Positions 52,503-62,820 are shown, counted from the first letter of the stretch. The stretch: 64,000 nucleotides of DNA from Deltaproteobacteria bacterium (GCA_019307135.1 JAFDKF010000028.1:3535-67534), one strand, 5' to 3'. Translations and numbers: made by a program. The notes: a model not told the origin generated them from the sequence alone.

Positions 52503-53714
52503 CTATCCGCCAACTATGCTCGCCATCTTGAAAATAGGCAAATACATGGAAACAACCAGCCCACCGATGGTAACACCCAAAAACGCCATCATAAACGGCT
52601 CAATCATAGCGGTCAGATTCCCAACTGCAGCATCTACCTCATCATCGTAAAAATCGGCTATTTTTCCCAGCATGGCATCCAGGGCCCCTGTAGACTCTCC
52701 CACTGCCACCATCTGACACACCATGGACGGAAACACCCCGCTCTCACTCATGGGGTCTGCCATCGTGCGCCCCTCTGTGATAGCCGATTGGACCTTGTAA
52801 ATAGCCGCTTCAACGGTCTTGTTGCCCGCCGTCTTTGCCACTATGTCCAGTGCCTCCAAGATGGGCACCCCGCTGCTGATCATGGTGCTCATGGTCCGCG
52901 TAAACTTGGCCACGGCGACCTTGCGCAAGAGGGAGCCGAAGACAGGCAGCTTGAGCATAATGTCGTCCACCAACACACGTCCCTTTTCAGTGGAATAAAA
53001 CCGCTTGAATGCAAAAACAAAAACCACGACTGCGCCGATTATGTAATGGATATTGCCTTTGACAAAGTTGCTAATGCCCACCACGATCTGGGTAGGGGCT
53101 GGAAGGGCCCCCCCAAAATCAGCAAACATCTTCTGAAAAACCGGGATTACAAAGACCAAGATCACACCGACCACGAGAGCGGCGATAACAAGGACAATAA
53201 TGGGATAGGTCATGGCTCCCTTGACCTGTTTCTTCAGTTTCATGGCCTTTTCCATGTAACCGGAAAGGCGATCCAAGATTGTATCTAAGATGCCGCCCAC
53301 TTCGCCGGCTGCAACCATGTTAACAAACAGGTCGTCAAAAATATTGGGGTATTTTCCCAGGGCATCCGCAAGGGTTGAGCCTTGTTCCACAGAGTCCTTG
53401 ATCTCCTTCAAGGTTTTCTTAAAGGTTTTGTTCTCTTGCTGGGAGTACAGAATATCAAGGCTCTGAATCAGCGGGAGTCCGGCATCGATCATGGTTGCAA
53501 ATTGTCTTGCAAACACCACCACCTCGGCTGTTTGCACCTTGGGTTGCATGAAGGAGACATTTTCAAAAAGATCCTTCGGCTTTTCCTTTATCTTCGTAGG
53601 TTTTATCTGCATACGACCCAGTTGCGCACGCACTGCCCTCTCATGAGGGGCCTCTATTTCACCCTTCTGGGTTGTCCCCTTCCTGTCTTCTCCTTTCCAA
53701 ATAAAGACCGGCAT
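52503..53714 (-). CDS. pilC: type IV pilus / T2SS platform protein (PilC/GspF family)
   Basis: Two T2SSF repeats (FARQFATMIDAGLPL.. and FTRTMSTMISSGVPI..) and 3 TM helices. Confidence 0.85.
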   Translation of the reverse strand: MPVFIWKGEDRKGTTQKGEIEAPHERAVRAQLGRMQIKPTKIKEKPKDLFENVSFMQPKVQTAEVVVFARQFATMIDAGLPLIQSLDILYSQQENKTFKKTLKEIKDSVEQGSTLADALGKYPNIFDDLFVNMVAAGEVGGILDTILDRLSGYMEKAMKLKKQVKGAMTYPIIVLVIAALVVGVILVFVIPVFQKMFADFGGALPAPTQIVVGISNFVKGNIHYIIGAVVVFVFAFKRFYSTEKGRVLVDDIMLKLPVFGSLLRKVAVAKFTRTMSTMISSGVPILEALDIVAKTAGNKTVEAAIYKVQSAITEGRTMADPMSESGVFPSMVCQMVAVGESTGALDAMLGKIADFYDDEVDAAVGNLTAMIEPFMMAFLGVTIGGLVVSMYLPIFKMASIVGG

Positions 53715-53975
53715 AGTTCACCTCATTCTATGATTGACGATTTTCGATTGACTATTGACTATTTGAAGAACAAGCTCTTGATTCTTGAATTGTAAATCTT
53801 TAATTTATCATCAATGTTCCTCAAATACAACAGTAGCTTCCGTCCTCGTGTCCATCCATGAATGTCATGCAAAAAGCCGGCCACTCAACAGGTTTTCAAT
53901 TCACAAATGGCGGATTTCTCGATAAGCAAGGCCGCTCTGGTGGAATAGCCTTGCCATAAAGTGTACAAAATCTTG

Positions 53976-54004
53976 TTGACAAGCCCAAAATGGGTTGATA
54001 AAAA
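53976..54004 (+). promoter_or_regulatory. candidate sigma70-like promoter for the PxxKW gene
   Basis: TTGACA-17 nt-TAAAAA, about 37 nt upstream of ATG 54041. Confidence 0.35.
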
Positions 54005-54040
54005 CGCCAAGATTTTTGCTATCGAAGGGGGGTGATTCCG

Positions 54041-54319
54041 ATGGTTTGTACAAGTGTAAAGAAAGGGTTGGAGTGCATCTTTATGACCAAGAAAGGTTGT
54101 TCCTTTAATGGTGGGGTTTGCCACCAAATCGTGGAGGAATGCCATGGATGTAGCCGAGCTTCAGAGTTCGTTTCCGGCTGGTATTGCACGGCCTGTCCGG
54201 ATCCTTTGGTCAAGTGGAGAAATGGCGATTGCAACTTCGCCACCCACGTTACAAAGGAAACCCAGACCAAAAATACTAAGATCAATCCACTCAAGGCGTC
54301 CAAGAGAAAGACCCGCTAG
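54041..54319 (+). CDS. PxxKW-family cysteine-rich small protein
   Basis: ECIFMTKKGCSFNGGVCHQIVEECHGCSRA..GWYCTACPDPLVKWRNGDCNFATHV. The Cys spacing and P..VKW motif fit my recollection of that family. GGGGG RBS before ATG 54041. Confidence 0.5.
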   Translation: MVCTSVKKGLECIFMTKKGCSFNGGVCHQIVEECHGCSRASEFVSGWYCTACPDPLVKWRNGDCNFATHVTKETQTKNTKINPLKASKRKTR

Positions 54320-54334
54320 GTTTAGAGATCAGTG

Positions 54335-54356
54335 GTCAGTGGTCAGTTCCACTGAC
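54335..54356. terminator. 8-bp stem hairpin between convergent genes (word-derived); no clear U-tract
   Basis: gtcagtgg-tcagtt-ccactgac lies between the PxxKW stop and the aminotransferase stop. Confidence 0.25.
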
Positions 54357-55549
54357 TAAACCAGCTTCCCAAGAGCATCCTCTATTCTGTCGAGCCCTTC
54401 CTTTATGGTTCCAAGACCTGTTGCATAGGAAAATCTTATAAAACTGTCATCACCAAAGGCTATTCCTGGTACCAGGGCCACTCGTGCTGCGGCTAAAAGG
54501 TGCTCACAAAGGCCGGCGGAACCCTTTATGGTTGTTCCTTCCGTCTTGGCACTGAAATAATAGCTGAAATTCGGAAATGCATAGAAGGCCCCGCCAGGCA
54601 CATTGCAATGGACTCCTGTAATGGCATTCAAGCGCTGTAATAGGTATCTCCGCCGCTCGTCAAAGGCCTGGACCATGGTTTGGATGAAACCTTGTGGTCC
54701 GTTCAAGGCCGCAACCGCAGCCTTCTGTGCTATGGAGTTGGGGTTTGAGGTGCTCTGGCTCTGGATTTTTGTCATCCCTGCAATGACTTCACGCGCTCCG
54801 GCCACATATCCGATGCGCCAGCCCGTCATCGCATAGGTCTTGGATAGCCCATTTACGACAAAGGTCTTAGATTTTACCTCCTCACTCACCTGGGCAATGC
54901 TGCAAAAGGATCTATCGTCAAAGATCAGTTTTTCATAGATTTCATCTGAAACGACCCCAATATCATATTTTAAGATCACCTTGGCCAAGGCATCCAACTC
55001 GGATTCGGTGTAGACCGAACCAGTCGGGTTGGAAGGGCTGTTGAGAATCAACAGTTTTGTTCGAGGCGTAATGGCCGTCTCAAGAGACTCTGGCGACAAT
55101 TTAAAATCATCTGCTTCCCCTGTTCTAACAATCACAGGATCAGCACCAGCAAGAATCACAATCGGTGGATAGGATACCCAGTACGGGGCAGGGATTATCA
55201 CCTCATCGCCTGGGTTCAACAAGGCATGAGCCAGGTTGTAGAGAACGTGTTTTCCTCCACAGGAAACCATTACCTCGTCACGTTCGTAACTGAGGGTGTT
55301 ATCGCGCCGAAATTTTTCTATGATAGCATCTTTAAGCTCAGGAATACCACCCACGGCCGTATATCGTGTAAATCCATCCTCCATGGCCCGCATGGCCTCA
55401 TCCCTGATGTGTCTGGGGGTATCAAAATCGGGTTCTCCAACACCGAAGCTGATCACATCCACACCCGCCTGTCTCATGGACACAGCCTTTGCGTTTATGG
55501 CCAGGGTAGGAGACGGCTTGATCGCCTTGATTCGTTCGGACAAGAACAT
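54356..55549 (-). CDS. class I/II PLP-dependent aminotransferase (aspartate aminotransferase-like)
   Basis: ORF trimmed to ATG 55549 (GAGGAGGGG RBS). GEPDFDTP, LLILNSPSNPTG and SKTYAMTGWRIGY (PLP lysine). Confidence 0.85.
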   Translation of the reverse strand: MFLSERIKAIKPSPTLAINAKAVSMRQAGVDVISFGVGEPDFDTPRHIRDEAMRAMEDGFTRYTAVGGIPELKDAIIEKFRRDNTLSYERDEVMVSCGGKHVLYNLAHALLNPGDEVIIPAPYWVSYPPIVILAGADPVIVRTGEADDFKLSPESLETAITPRTKLLILNSPSNPTGSVYTESELDALAKVILKYDIGVVSDEIYEKLIFDDRSFCSIAQVSEEVKSKTFVVNGLSKTYAMTGWRIGYVAGAREVIAGMTKIQSQSTSNPNSIAQKAAVAALNGPQGFIQTMVQAFDERRRYLLQRLNAITGVHCNVPGGAFYAFPNFSYYFSAKTEGTTIKGSAGLCEHLLAAARVALVPGIAFGDDSFIRFSYATGLGTIKEGLDRIEDALGKLV

Positions 55550-55663
55550 TAGCCCCTCCTCAATCTCCTCGAACCTTTTCTCTTGACCGAGGGTATGAGC
55601 CTGCTTAAAATGAAAATTTAGTCCATGTTTTTCGTGAATCGTGAAAAAAAGGTAACAGTTCAC

Positions 55664-55760
55664 CGCAGAGTTCGCAGAGAACGCAGAGACAATTCGTGCT
55701 TTCGTACCTTCGTGATTGAGCTATAGTGAACAAATAACGATTCCCGAATAACGAAACCTC
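55664..55760. repeat. word mosaic ((cgcagag)x3, cgtgctttcgtaccttcgtg, (aataacga)x2)
   Basis: Read directly in the divergent spacer between the aminotransferase and ClC genes. Confidence 0.5.
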
Positions 55761-55772
55761 CAGTACCAAAGA

Positions 55773-58061
55773 TTGAATAAAAAGGCAATTCCTTTGAAAA
55801 AGAAAAAGTGGCCCAGCTATTCTATGCTGAAGATCAGAAGTACCCGCATTACCATGGCAGGGAAATGGATATTCTACTATGTCCTGATAGGGCTCATTGC
55901 CGGTCTGGGCGCTATGGCCTTTCAGTATCTATGCCAGATGGGCTCGCATATCTTCATGGATCAAATAGCAGGCTACCGCCCGCCCCCGCCTGCTGGAGAG
56001 CCTCACCTTTTCCACCCAACGGACACACCCTTTAATCGCTGGATGCTCTTCTTTCTCCCGGCTCTGGGAGGCATTATGAGCGGATGGCTTGTGTATACCT
56101 TTGCACCCGAGGCAGAAGGCCATGGCACGGATGCGGCCATCGATGCCTATCACAATAAGGGCGGGTTTATCCGAGGAAGAATACCTTTTATCAAGACCAT
56201 CGCCTCTGCGATCACCATAACCTCTGGCGGCTCAGGAGGTCGCGAGGGGCCCATCGCTCAAATCGGGGCCGGATTTGGCTCGTTCCTTGCGACAAAGTTG
56301 AAACTCTCTGATCGGCAGCGTCGCATCATGTTGGCGGCAGGCATAGGAGCAGGCGTGGGAAGCATCTTTCGGGCACCCCTTGCCGGGGCCCTCTTTGCAG
56401 CCGAGGTGCTCTACCGTGACCCGGAATTTGAATCAGAGGTGATCATCCCGGCTGGCATCTCTTCGGTCGTTGCGTACTGCCTCTTCTGCCTCTTCTTCGG
56501 ATGGGGTTCGCTATTTGAATCTCAGGATTTTATTTTTCAAAACCCCTTGGAACTGGGGCCTTACATTGTGCTTGCATTCGTCTTGGTTGGAGGCGGGATC
56601 CTGTATATCAAGTCCTTTTATGGAGTCCAACGCATCGCCAGGGCTGTAAAGATCCCAAATCATATCAAGCCGGCCATTGGAGGTCTGTGTACAGGGGCCA
56701 TCGGTTTTTTTCTCCCTGAAACCTTGTCCTTTGGTTACGGTTTTGCCCAAATAGCCTTAGACAATCAACTGCCCACACTTCTTCTCCTTGGCATAGCCAT
56801 AGGAAAAATATTCACCACCTCTTTTTCCATCGGTTCCGGGGGCAGCGGTGGTGTCTTTGGCCCGTCTGTTGTCATCGGCGGAGCCTTGGGAGGGGCAGTA
56901 GGCAGGACCTTCCATGCCATTGTGCCAGGGATTGTGACACAGCCTGGGGCCTTTGTGGTGGTTGGCATGGCAGGGTTCTTTGCCGCTGTTTCCAATGCCC
57001 CAATCTCAACCATTATCTTTGTTAGCGAGATGACGAACTCATATCATCTGCTGCTGCCCAGCCTGCTGGTTTGCTCCCTTGCTTTCTTGCTTTCACGGAA
57101 ATGGACCATTTATGTAAAGCAGGTACGAACCAAGATAGACTCCAATGCACACCGCGGAGACTTTTTTGTTGACGTTCTTGGCACCATTCGGGTGAAAGAA
57201 CTTATGCCTCAGGTGAGAAAGGTCGAATTGGTCCCTGAAGATATGCCGTTTTCGGCTTTCAGAAAGATGTTTTCTTCGACCGATCAGCATTACTTCCCGG
57301 TGGTGAACAAGGAAAACAGGCTGACGGGCATTTTCTCCATTAACGATATTCGAGGCATCCTCTTCGATCAGGCAATTGGCGATCTTGTGGTCATGGAAGA
57401 TATCGCCAACCCGGATATCATCGTCACAACACCCTCTGAAGATCTGAATGAAGTACTCAAGAAATTTACCATTCGCAACCTTCACAGGCTCCCTGTTGTC
57501 AAGGAAGAAGACCACACGATTTTGATAGGGATGCTAGATCGCAGGGAGGTCATCCAGTATTACAACCAGAAGGTTCAAGAAATCAAATCGACATACCATA
57601 GAGTCGAGATAGAATCAGATCGTGAAGTCAGCCAACTAAAAAACGTACCCGTAGGCCGGGCTATGAGGCGAGAAATAGAAACGATCCGCTCAGATATGCC
57701 ACTCAGACAACTCAGGGAATTTGTATACCACAGCAAGTTTAATACCTTTCCTGTAGTTGATGCCCCGGGCCAGTTGATCGGTATACTTTCCTTATCCGAC
57801 TGCCAGAAAACCTTTGATGAAAATGCCGAGAAAGCGTTGACCGCCCAAGACATCGCTACGCATGATGTGGTGACTGTGACCGAAGATGACAGTCTATTTT
57901 TAGCCCTGACGAGAATTATCCAAGGAGATTTTTCCGTTCTCCCTGTGGTGAACAAACAGAATCCAAAACACATCACGGGAGTTATCAGCCGAAGGGATAT
58001 CATGTCTGCCTATGACGATATTGTCATCAGGAAGGTCCTGATAGACGAGTCAGCGGCCTGA
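55773..58061 (+). CDS. ClC-family chloride channel/antiporter with two C-terminal CBS pairs
   Basis: GSGGREGP, GKIFTTSFSIGSGGSGGVFGPS and a ~10-12 TM core, then four CBS motifs. TTG start; alternatives are ATG 55824 and 55854. Confidence 0.85.
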   Translation: MNKKAIPLKKKKWPSYSMLKIRSTRITMAGKWIFYYVLIGLIAGLGAMAFQYLCQMGSHIFMDQIAGYRPPPPAGEPHLFHPTDTPFNRWMLFFLPALGGIMSGWLVYTFAPEAEGHGTDAAIDAYHNKGGFIRGRIPFIKTIASAITITSGGSGGREGPIAQIGAGFGSFLATKLKLSDRQRRIMLAAGIGAGVGSIFRAPLAGALFAAEVLYRDPEFESEVIIPAGISSVVAYCLFCLFFGWGSLFESQDFIFQNPLELGPYIVLAFVLVGGGILYIKSFYGVQRIARAVKIPNHIKPAIGGLCTGAIGFFLPETLSFGYGFAQIALDNQLPTLLLLGIAIGKIFTTSFSIGSGGSGGVFGPSVVIGGALGGAVGRTFHAIVPGIVTQPGAFVVVGMAGFFAAVSNAPISTIIFVSEMTNSYHLLLPSLLVCSLAFLLSRKWTIYVKQVRTKIDSNAHRGDFFVDVLGTIRVKELMPQVRKVELVPEDMPFSAFRKMFSSTDQHYFPVVNKENRLTGIFSINDIRGILFDQAIGDLVVMEDIANPDIIVTTPSEDLNEVLKKFTIRNLHRLPVVKEEDHTILIGMLDRREVIQYYNQKVQEIKSTYHRVEIESDREVSQLKNVPVGRAMRREIETIRSDMPLRQLREFVYHSKFNTFPVVDAPGQLIGILSLSDCQKTFDENAEKALTAQDIATHDVVTVTEDDSLFLALTRIIQGDFSVLPVVNKQNPKHITGVISRRDIMSAYDDIVIRKVLIDESAA

Positions 58062-58811
58062 AGTGTACTTTACTTCCCTTAAGAACAGCCCGTGGGCAGG
58101 TGCTGTTATCCCGGCTTGTTTGCGGTCCTTTGATATCAGAATATCCTCAAAGGCCCCTGGCGGGATTTTCCTAAGCCCCACATCAACAAGAGTTCCCACA
58201 ATGTTTCGTACCATGTGCCGCAGGAACCCGTCGGCTTCAATACTGAAGACCACGTAACAATCCGCATCCTTTCCGGTCAGGCTTACATCTATTGCGGTCC
58301 GAACGGCATGGGATCGGGGGCTACCAGCTCCCTCGAAGGCTGAAAAGTCGTGCTCACCCTTCAGGCAAAGCATAGCTGTCCTCATCGCATCGAGGTCAAG
58401 GGGTTTTCTGATGTGCCATGCATACTGCCTGAAGAGGGCAGCCGGGGTGGGCCGATTCAAGATACGGTAATCGTAGACCTTGCTCCGAGCATCGTATCGA
58501 GCATGAAACGTCTCGTCAACCGCTGCACAATCTTTGATGACAATATCTGGAGGAAGGAGGCTGTTCAGGCCTTTTGCAAAGACATCAGACGTGAGTCTCG
58601 TCTCCAGGCAAAAGCTCGCCACCTGGCCTGTGGCATGTACCCCGGCATCGGTTCGTCCGGAACCAATCAGCGTGACGGGCTGTTCTGTCATCGTCTTCAG
58701 CGCATCCTCTATGGTCCCCTGAATCGTACATGTATTACTCTGACGCTGCCAGCCATGATAGCCTGTGCCGTCATATTCGATAATGAGCTTGAAGTTCTGC
58801 AATAGAATCAA
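58050..58811 (-). CDS. truA: tRNA pseudouridine(38-40) synthase
   Basis: IEYDGTGYHGWQRQ, GSGRTDAGVHA, RHMVRNIVG. TTG start. Convergent 12-nt overlap with the ClC gene. Confidence 0.9.
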   Translation of the reverse strand: MILLQNFKLIIEYDGTGYHGWQRQSNTCTIQGTIEDALKTMTEQPVTLIGSGRTDAGVHATGQVASFCLETRLTSDVFAKGLNSLLPPDIVIKDCAAVDETFHARYDARSKVYDYRILNRPTPAALFRQYAWHIRKPLDLDAMRTAMLCLKGEHDFSAFEGAGSPRSHAVRTAIDVSLTGKDADCYVVFSIEADGFLRHMVRNIVGTLVDVGLRKIPPGAFEDILISKDRKQAGITAPAHGLFLREVKYTSGR

Positions 58812-58947
58812 GTGCCTAAAGTGAGCTAAAGTGCCTAAAGTGCCTAAAGTGCCTAAAATTAAAGGAACAAAACTAGATTTTAAAAAAGCTTCTACAAATC
58901 CTCAACTTTAGCTCACTTTAGGCACTTTAGCTCACTTTAGCTCACTT
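58811..58947. repeat. nonamer hairpin (GCCTAAAGT/GAGCTAAAGT)x5 vs (ACTTTAGCTC/ACTTTAGGC)x5
   Basis: The arms at 58811-58857 and 58904-58947 exactly fill the argC-truA spacer. Confidence 0.8.
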
Positions 58948-58948
58948 A

Positions 58949-59986
58949 TTAAATAGGAAAAGGGACCTGATCCAGGCCAGCTGTCTCGGCGAGTCCGACC
59001 ATGATATTCATATTCTGGACAGCTTGACCAGAGGCCCCTTTGACAAGGTTGTCAATCGCTGAGATCAGAACCAGGCGCCTGGTCCGCTCGGCCACCTGAA
59101 ATCCCACATCGCAGTAGTTGGTGCCTCTTACGTACATGGTGTTCGGGAATTTGCCCCTCGGGCAGATCCGGACAAAAGGCTTGTCCGCATAGAAGGAATC
59201 AAGGTAGGAGGCCACATCCTGGGTCAAGACATCCTCCTTCAACCCAACGTAGATCGTAGTTAGCATCCCCCTGGTCATGGGCACCAGGTGCGGCGTGAAA
59301 GTTATGTGGATAGTGCGATCCGCAAAGATACTCAAGACCTCGTCCATCTCCGGGTTATGGCGGTGCTCGGCCACTTTGTACGCCCTAAGGCCTTCGTTCA
59401 CCTCACAAAAATGCGTTGCCAGACTGACGGAACGTCCGGCGCCACTCGTGCCTGACTTGGAATCCGCAACAATGCTCTCAGGGTCAATAAACGGGGCCTT
59501 GATTAACGGCAGCAGAGGGAGAAGGACGCTCGTGGGATAACAACCCGGGTTCCCAACCAGAGAGGCTTTTTGAATATCGTCAAAACAGATCTCAGGAAGC
59601 CCGTAGACCGCTGTTGCAAGCAAATCCTTGGCCTGATGGGGCTCATACCAGGCCTCATACAGGGCAGGGTCCTTGAACCTAAAATCCGCGCTCAGGTCAA
59701 TGACCTTTTTCCCCCGGTCAATGAGTCCGGGCACAACCCCCATGGATGCCTTGTGCGGAAGCGCCGTAAATATGACGTCGGCCGCCTCGGATAAAGCCTC
59801 TTCTGAAAAAGCCTGGCAGGTCAAATTAACAATCCCGGCCATGGCAGGATAGATATCGGAAAAGGGTCGTCCAGCATACTGGCGAGAGGTAATCATCGTC
59901 AGTTCTGCATCGGGATGGCCTGACAAAATCCTTACCAGCTCCGCACCTGCATAGCCGGTCCCACCAATAACTGCCACATTAAGCAT
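58949..59986 (-). CDS. argC: N-acetyl-gamma-glutamyl-phosphate reductase
   Basis: VIGGTGYAGAEL, GNPGCYPTS (active-site Cys), DNLVKGASGQAVQN. GGAGG RBS. Confidence 0.9.
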   Translation of the reverse strand: MLNVAVIGGTGYAGAELVRILSGHPDAELTMITSRQYAGRPFSDIYPAMAGIVNLTCQAFSEEALSEAADVIFTALPHKASMGVVPGLIDRGKKVIDLSADFRFKDPALYEAWYEPHQAKDLLATAVYGLPEICFDDIQKASLVGNPGCYPTSVLLPLLPLIKAPFIDPESIVADSKSGTSGAGRSVSLATHFCEVNEGLRAYKVAEHRHNPEMDEVLSIFADRTIHITFTPHLVPMTRGMLTTIYVGLKEDVLTQDVASYLDSFYADKPFVRICPRGKFPNTMYVRGTNYCDVGFQVAERTRRLVLISAIDNLVKGASGQAVQNMNIMVGLAETAGLDQVPFPI

Positions 59987-60023
59987 GTTACCTCCAGGAA
60001 AAGTGAGCTAAAGTGCCCTATAG

Positions 60024-60098
60024 TGGTTTATTGGTTAAGTTGTCGATTGGTTGAGTGGTTACCGACTTAACTGCTCAACTACTTAACAACTCAACTAA
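60024..60098. repeat. GGTTAAGT/GGTTGAGT word hairpin
   Basis: Arms ggtttattggttaagttgtcgattggttgagtggttacc / gacttaactgctcaactacttaacaactcaac. Confidence 0.55.
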
Positions 60099-60356
60099 AT
60101 TCAAAATATGTTAAGGAATTTCCTTTGTCAAATCAAAACGCAATTGCCGCCGTTTGCCAAATGCGGGGTATTTCGAGATTCATACACTGCTATGAATAAA
60201 TCCGAATATCCAATTTCGTATTTTCCAGATTGTCCGGGTTAGGTGATTAAGGGTAAGCTTTATAGTTTGGGCTTGACCGCGGATAGGAAAAAAGGGTTGA
60301 AGGTGGGAGAAAAACAGGCAAGCAAGGTCATGGACAAAAGTTGTCACTCGTGTCCA

Positions 60357-60575
60357 TTACTTGAATCGATATGTAATTCTCCCCCGGGACAAGTCATACG
60401 GTGAGAGTTCTACAGTTACAAGGTCTCCGGGCAGGATTTTGATAGAGTACTTCCGCATTTTTCCACAGGGATGGGCCAGCACCTGATGCTTATTCTCCAA
60501 CTCCACCTTATAGGTGCCGTGCGACATGTTCTGAATGACCTTGCCCTTTACCTCGATGGCTTCTTCTTTGGCCAT
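60357..60575 (-). CDS. infA: translation initiation factor IF-1
   Basis: [48 protein letters not shown]. Confidence 0.9.
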   Translation of the reverse strand: MAKEEAIEVKGKVIQNMSHGTYKVELENKHQVLAHPCGKMRKYSIKILPGDLVTVELSPYDLSRGRITYRFK

Positions 60576-60664
60576 AATCAATTCACCCTCTTCTTCTAGT
60601 GTTTGTTGTGTTTACACTGAAACTCTCAGCCCCTCCCTTTCAAAAATTGTAAATGACCAGCCAG

Positions 60665-61054
60665 CTATCGCTTTGAATACTGGAAACGAGCACGTGCGCC
60701 CTTTTGCCCGTATTTTTTCCTCTCTTTCACCCTGGCATCACGCCTGACAATGCCTGCCTTCTTCAGTATTGGCCTGAACTCTGGATTGAACTGAAGCAAA
60801 GTCTTCGTAATACCATGCCGAATGGCGGCCGCCTGTCCGGAAACACCGCCACCCGTGACATTGACTTTCACGTCAAAGCTACCATAGGTATCTGTCAGGA
60901 CGAAGGGCTGTTCTACGACCATCTTGGCAGTCTCCCTGCCAAAATAATCTTCGATGGTTCGATTGTTAATGGTGATGATACCTTTTCCAGGCTTTAGCCA
61001 CGTTCTGGCCACAGAAGTCTTCCGTTTTCCAGTACCGTAATAAGATTCTGCCAT
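60665..61054 (-). CDS. rpsI: 30S ribosomal protein S9
   Basis: [56 protein letters not shown]. Confidence 0.95.
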   Translation of the reverse strand: MAESYYGTGKRKTSVARTWLKPGKGIITINNRTIEDYFGRETAKMVVEQPFVLTDTYGSFDVKVNVTGGGVSGQAAAIRHGITKTLLQFNPEFRPILKKAGIVRRDARVKERKKYGQKGARARFQYSKR

Positions 61055-61071
61055 GAGATACTCCAATACCC

Positions 61072-61500
61072 CTATAGTTGCAGTCTTTCGGGTTGCTGTG
61101 CCACATGCGGGTGTTCGGGTCCAGCATAAACCTTTAGTTTCTTCAACATGTTACGCCCGAGTCTGTTCTTGGGAAGCATCCCCCTTACTGCGCGAATCAC
61201 CAAATCCTCAGGTCGCTTTTGCAAAAGTTGCTTGGCGGTCATCGATTTAAGGCCACCAACATAACCGCTGTGGCGATAATAGAGCTTTTCATTCCATTTC
61301 TTACCAGTCAAGGCGACTTTGTTTGCGTTTATCACAATCATGTGGTCGCCAGTGTCAACGTGCGGTGTGTAGATGGGCTTATGCTTTCCCCGGAGGCGGC
61401 CAGCAACAAAACTGGCCAGTCTGCCCAAGATACACTCGCTGGCATCCACAACGTACCACTTTCTCTCCACTTCTGCCGGTTTTGCACTATACGTTTTCAT
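61072..61500 (-). CDS. rplM: 50S ribosomal protein L13
   Basis: [43 protein letters not shown]; forms an operon with rpsI. Confidence 0.95.
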   Translation of the reverse strand: MKTYSAKPAEVERKWYVVDASECILGRLASFVAGRLRGKHKPIYTPHVDTGDHMIVINANKVALTGKKWNEKLYYRHSGYVGGLKSMTAKQLLQKRPEDLVIRAVRGMLPKNRLGRNMLKKLKVYAGPEHPHVAQQPERLQL

Positions 61501-61542
61501 TATTCAGTCTTTTCGCATCCTCATAGCTTTTCCAAAACCTAA

Positions 61543-61571
61543 ATTTTATTCTTTTTGCAAGCCTATGTCAA
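61543..61571 (-). promoter_or_regulatory. sigma70-like promoter for rplM-rpsI(-infA)
   Basis: The minus strand reads TTGACA-17 nt-TAAAAT, about 43 nt upstream of the rplM ATG. Confidence 0.45.
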
Positions 61572-61664
61572 GATAAAAATGCCAACGAGAAACTTAAAAT
61601 TACTTATCTGAAAATCTGTGCTTACAAACTGCGTGCCCCTACCTGGACGTACCGACTATTTTGT

Positions 61665-61693
61665 TTGACATCTTACCCTATTTCCAATACATT
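61665..61693 (+). promoter_or_regulatory. candidate sigma70-like promoter for the CYTH gene
   Basis: TTGACA-17 nt-TACATT. The leader would include family E hairpins. Confidence 0.3.
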
Positions 61694-61702
61694 GCACAAG
61701 TT

Positions 61703-61757
61703 ATAAAATCGCTCCGCGATTTTATGTGACGTCCCGCTACAAGCGGGACTCAAAAAA
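61703..61757. repeat. two-hairpin element family E, copy 2
   Basis: ataaaatcgctccgcgattttat..gtcccgctacaagcgggac tcaaaaaagg. Confidence 0.6.
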
Positions 61758-61836
61758 GGAAATTCCTATACTGTGAACATACGTCCCATCTCAGCAATTC
61801 CTGAATGTCAAGAAGCTATCATCAAGCAAAAGTCCT

Positions 61837-62478
61837 ATGATTTCAATGCCTCGTAAAAATTCCGAGACGCTGCACGGTCCCCTCGAAATTGAGGTGAAGT
61901 TTCATCTGCCCGAGATCAAGCCCATACGAGACCGCATGCTTGCCATGGGTACCACCCACTGTGGCCGAGTGTTTGAAACCAACGTCAGGTATGAAGATGC
62001 ATCAAAGAGTCTCAAGAAACAAGGCATTCTCTTGAGACTCCGAAAAGATGATCGAATCCGGCTGACCTTTAAGTCAAGTCTCTCTCGCCCTGATACTCAA
62101 TTTAAGATACACCGAGAGCTGGAGGTAGAAGTGGGTGATTTTGATGTCTGCCACTCCATTTTACAGGGTCTGGGCTTTCACCCGGAGCAGGCATACGAGA
62201 AATGGCGGGAGACCCTTGTTTTTGACAACACGAATCTCCTTATCGACACAATGCCCTACGGTATGTTCCTCGAAATTGAGGGACAAAAATCTCACATCCG
62301 CAATATGGCAGATCGGCTTGGCCTGAAGTGGGAAGAAAGGATTTTGCTGAATTACCTGGAGATCTTTGAAATTGTTCAGCGTGAAGAGGGCCTCCCTTTC
62401 AGGGATATAACCTTTGAGAACTTCAAAGCAACACATTTGGACATAAGAAAATACCTCCCTTTACTCTATGCAGAGTAA
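61837..62478 (+). CDS. CYTH-domain protein (class IV adenylate cyclase / triphosphatase-like)
   Basis: The EIEVKF (ExExK) motif at the N-terminus and ~200 aa size fit the CyaB/ThTPase family layout. Confidence 0.7.
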   Translation: MISMPRKNSETLHGPLEIEVKFHLPEIKPIRDRMLAMGTTHCGRVFETNVRYEDASKSLKKQGILLRLRKDDRIRLTFKSSLSRPDTQFKIHRELEVEVGDFDVCHSILQGLGFHPEQAYEKWRETLVFDNTNLLIDTMPYGMFLEIEGQKSHIRNMADRLGLKWEERILLNYLEIFEIVQREEGLPFRDITFENFKATHLDIRKYLPLLYAE

Positions 62479-62542
62479 CTCCTGGAAGGGAGCATTCCCG
62501 GGTTTTTATTGACCTCAGCCATGACGTTTTGCTTGCATCAAG

Positions 62543-62774
62543 AAACCGGAAAATCCGAAATCCGAAATCCGAAGCACGAAACAAATACAAATGACCAAAG
62601 CACAAAATCCTAAACAATATGACATAGAAAATCAAAGGCTTGCATTGGCAAAAAAGACAATACTGCGTCAAGGTGAATAAACGTTTTGAACATTTGATAT
62701 TTGAATTTCGAATTTGTTTGCGGCTTACGCCTTGAAAACAGTACGGATTTCGATATTCGGATTTCGGATTTATT
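62543..62774. repeat. CGAAATCCGAA-family palindromic element, copy 2
   Basis: Left arm aaaccggaaaatccgaaatccgaaatccgaagcacgaaacaaatacaaatgaccaaa, right arm ttgaatttcgaatttgtttgcgg..cggatttcgatattcggatttcggatttatt. Confidence 0.7.
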
Positions 62775-62820
62775 CACAGCGGTGTGAGAATTTGCCAATG
62801 CTCGCGTCTTGGGGTGAACA

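Noticed and set aside
54356-55549. The aminotransferase as the missing GnnB partner for the GnnA-like oxidoreductase.
   Set aside because: Its motifs (GEPDFDTP, SKTYAMTGWRIGY) are those of aspartate/aromatic class I aminotransferases, not the DegT/DnrJ/EryC1 sugar aminotransferase family. It lies 13 kb away among housekeeping genes.
60100-60356. Possible tRNA or small RNA gene in the 370-bp argC-infA spacer; also a hairpin (atggaca..tgtccat) just downstream of infA as a terminator.
   Set aside because: No cloverleaf-compatible sequence with a conserved GTTC..A T-arm context was found. The hairpin has a 15-nt loop and no adjacent U-tract, so it is not a convincing intrinsic terminator.
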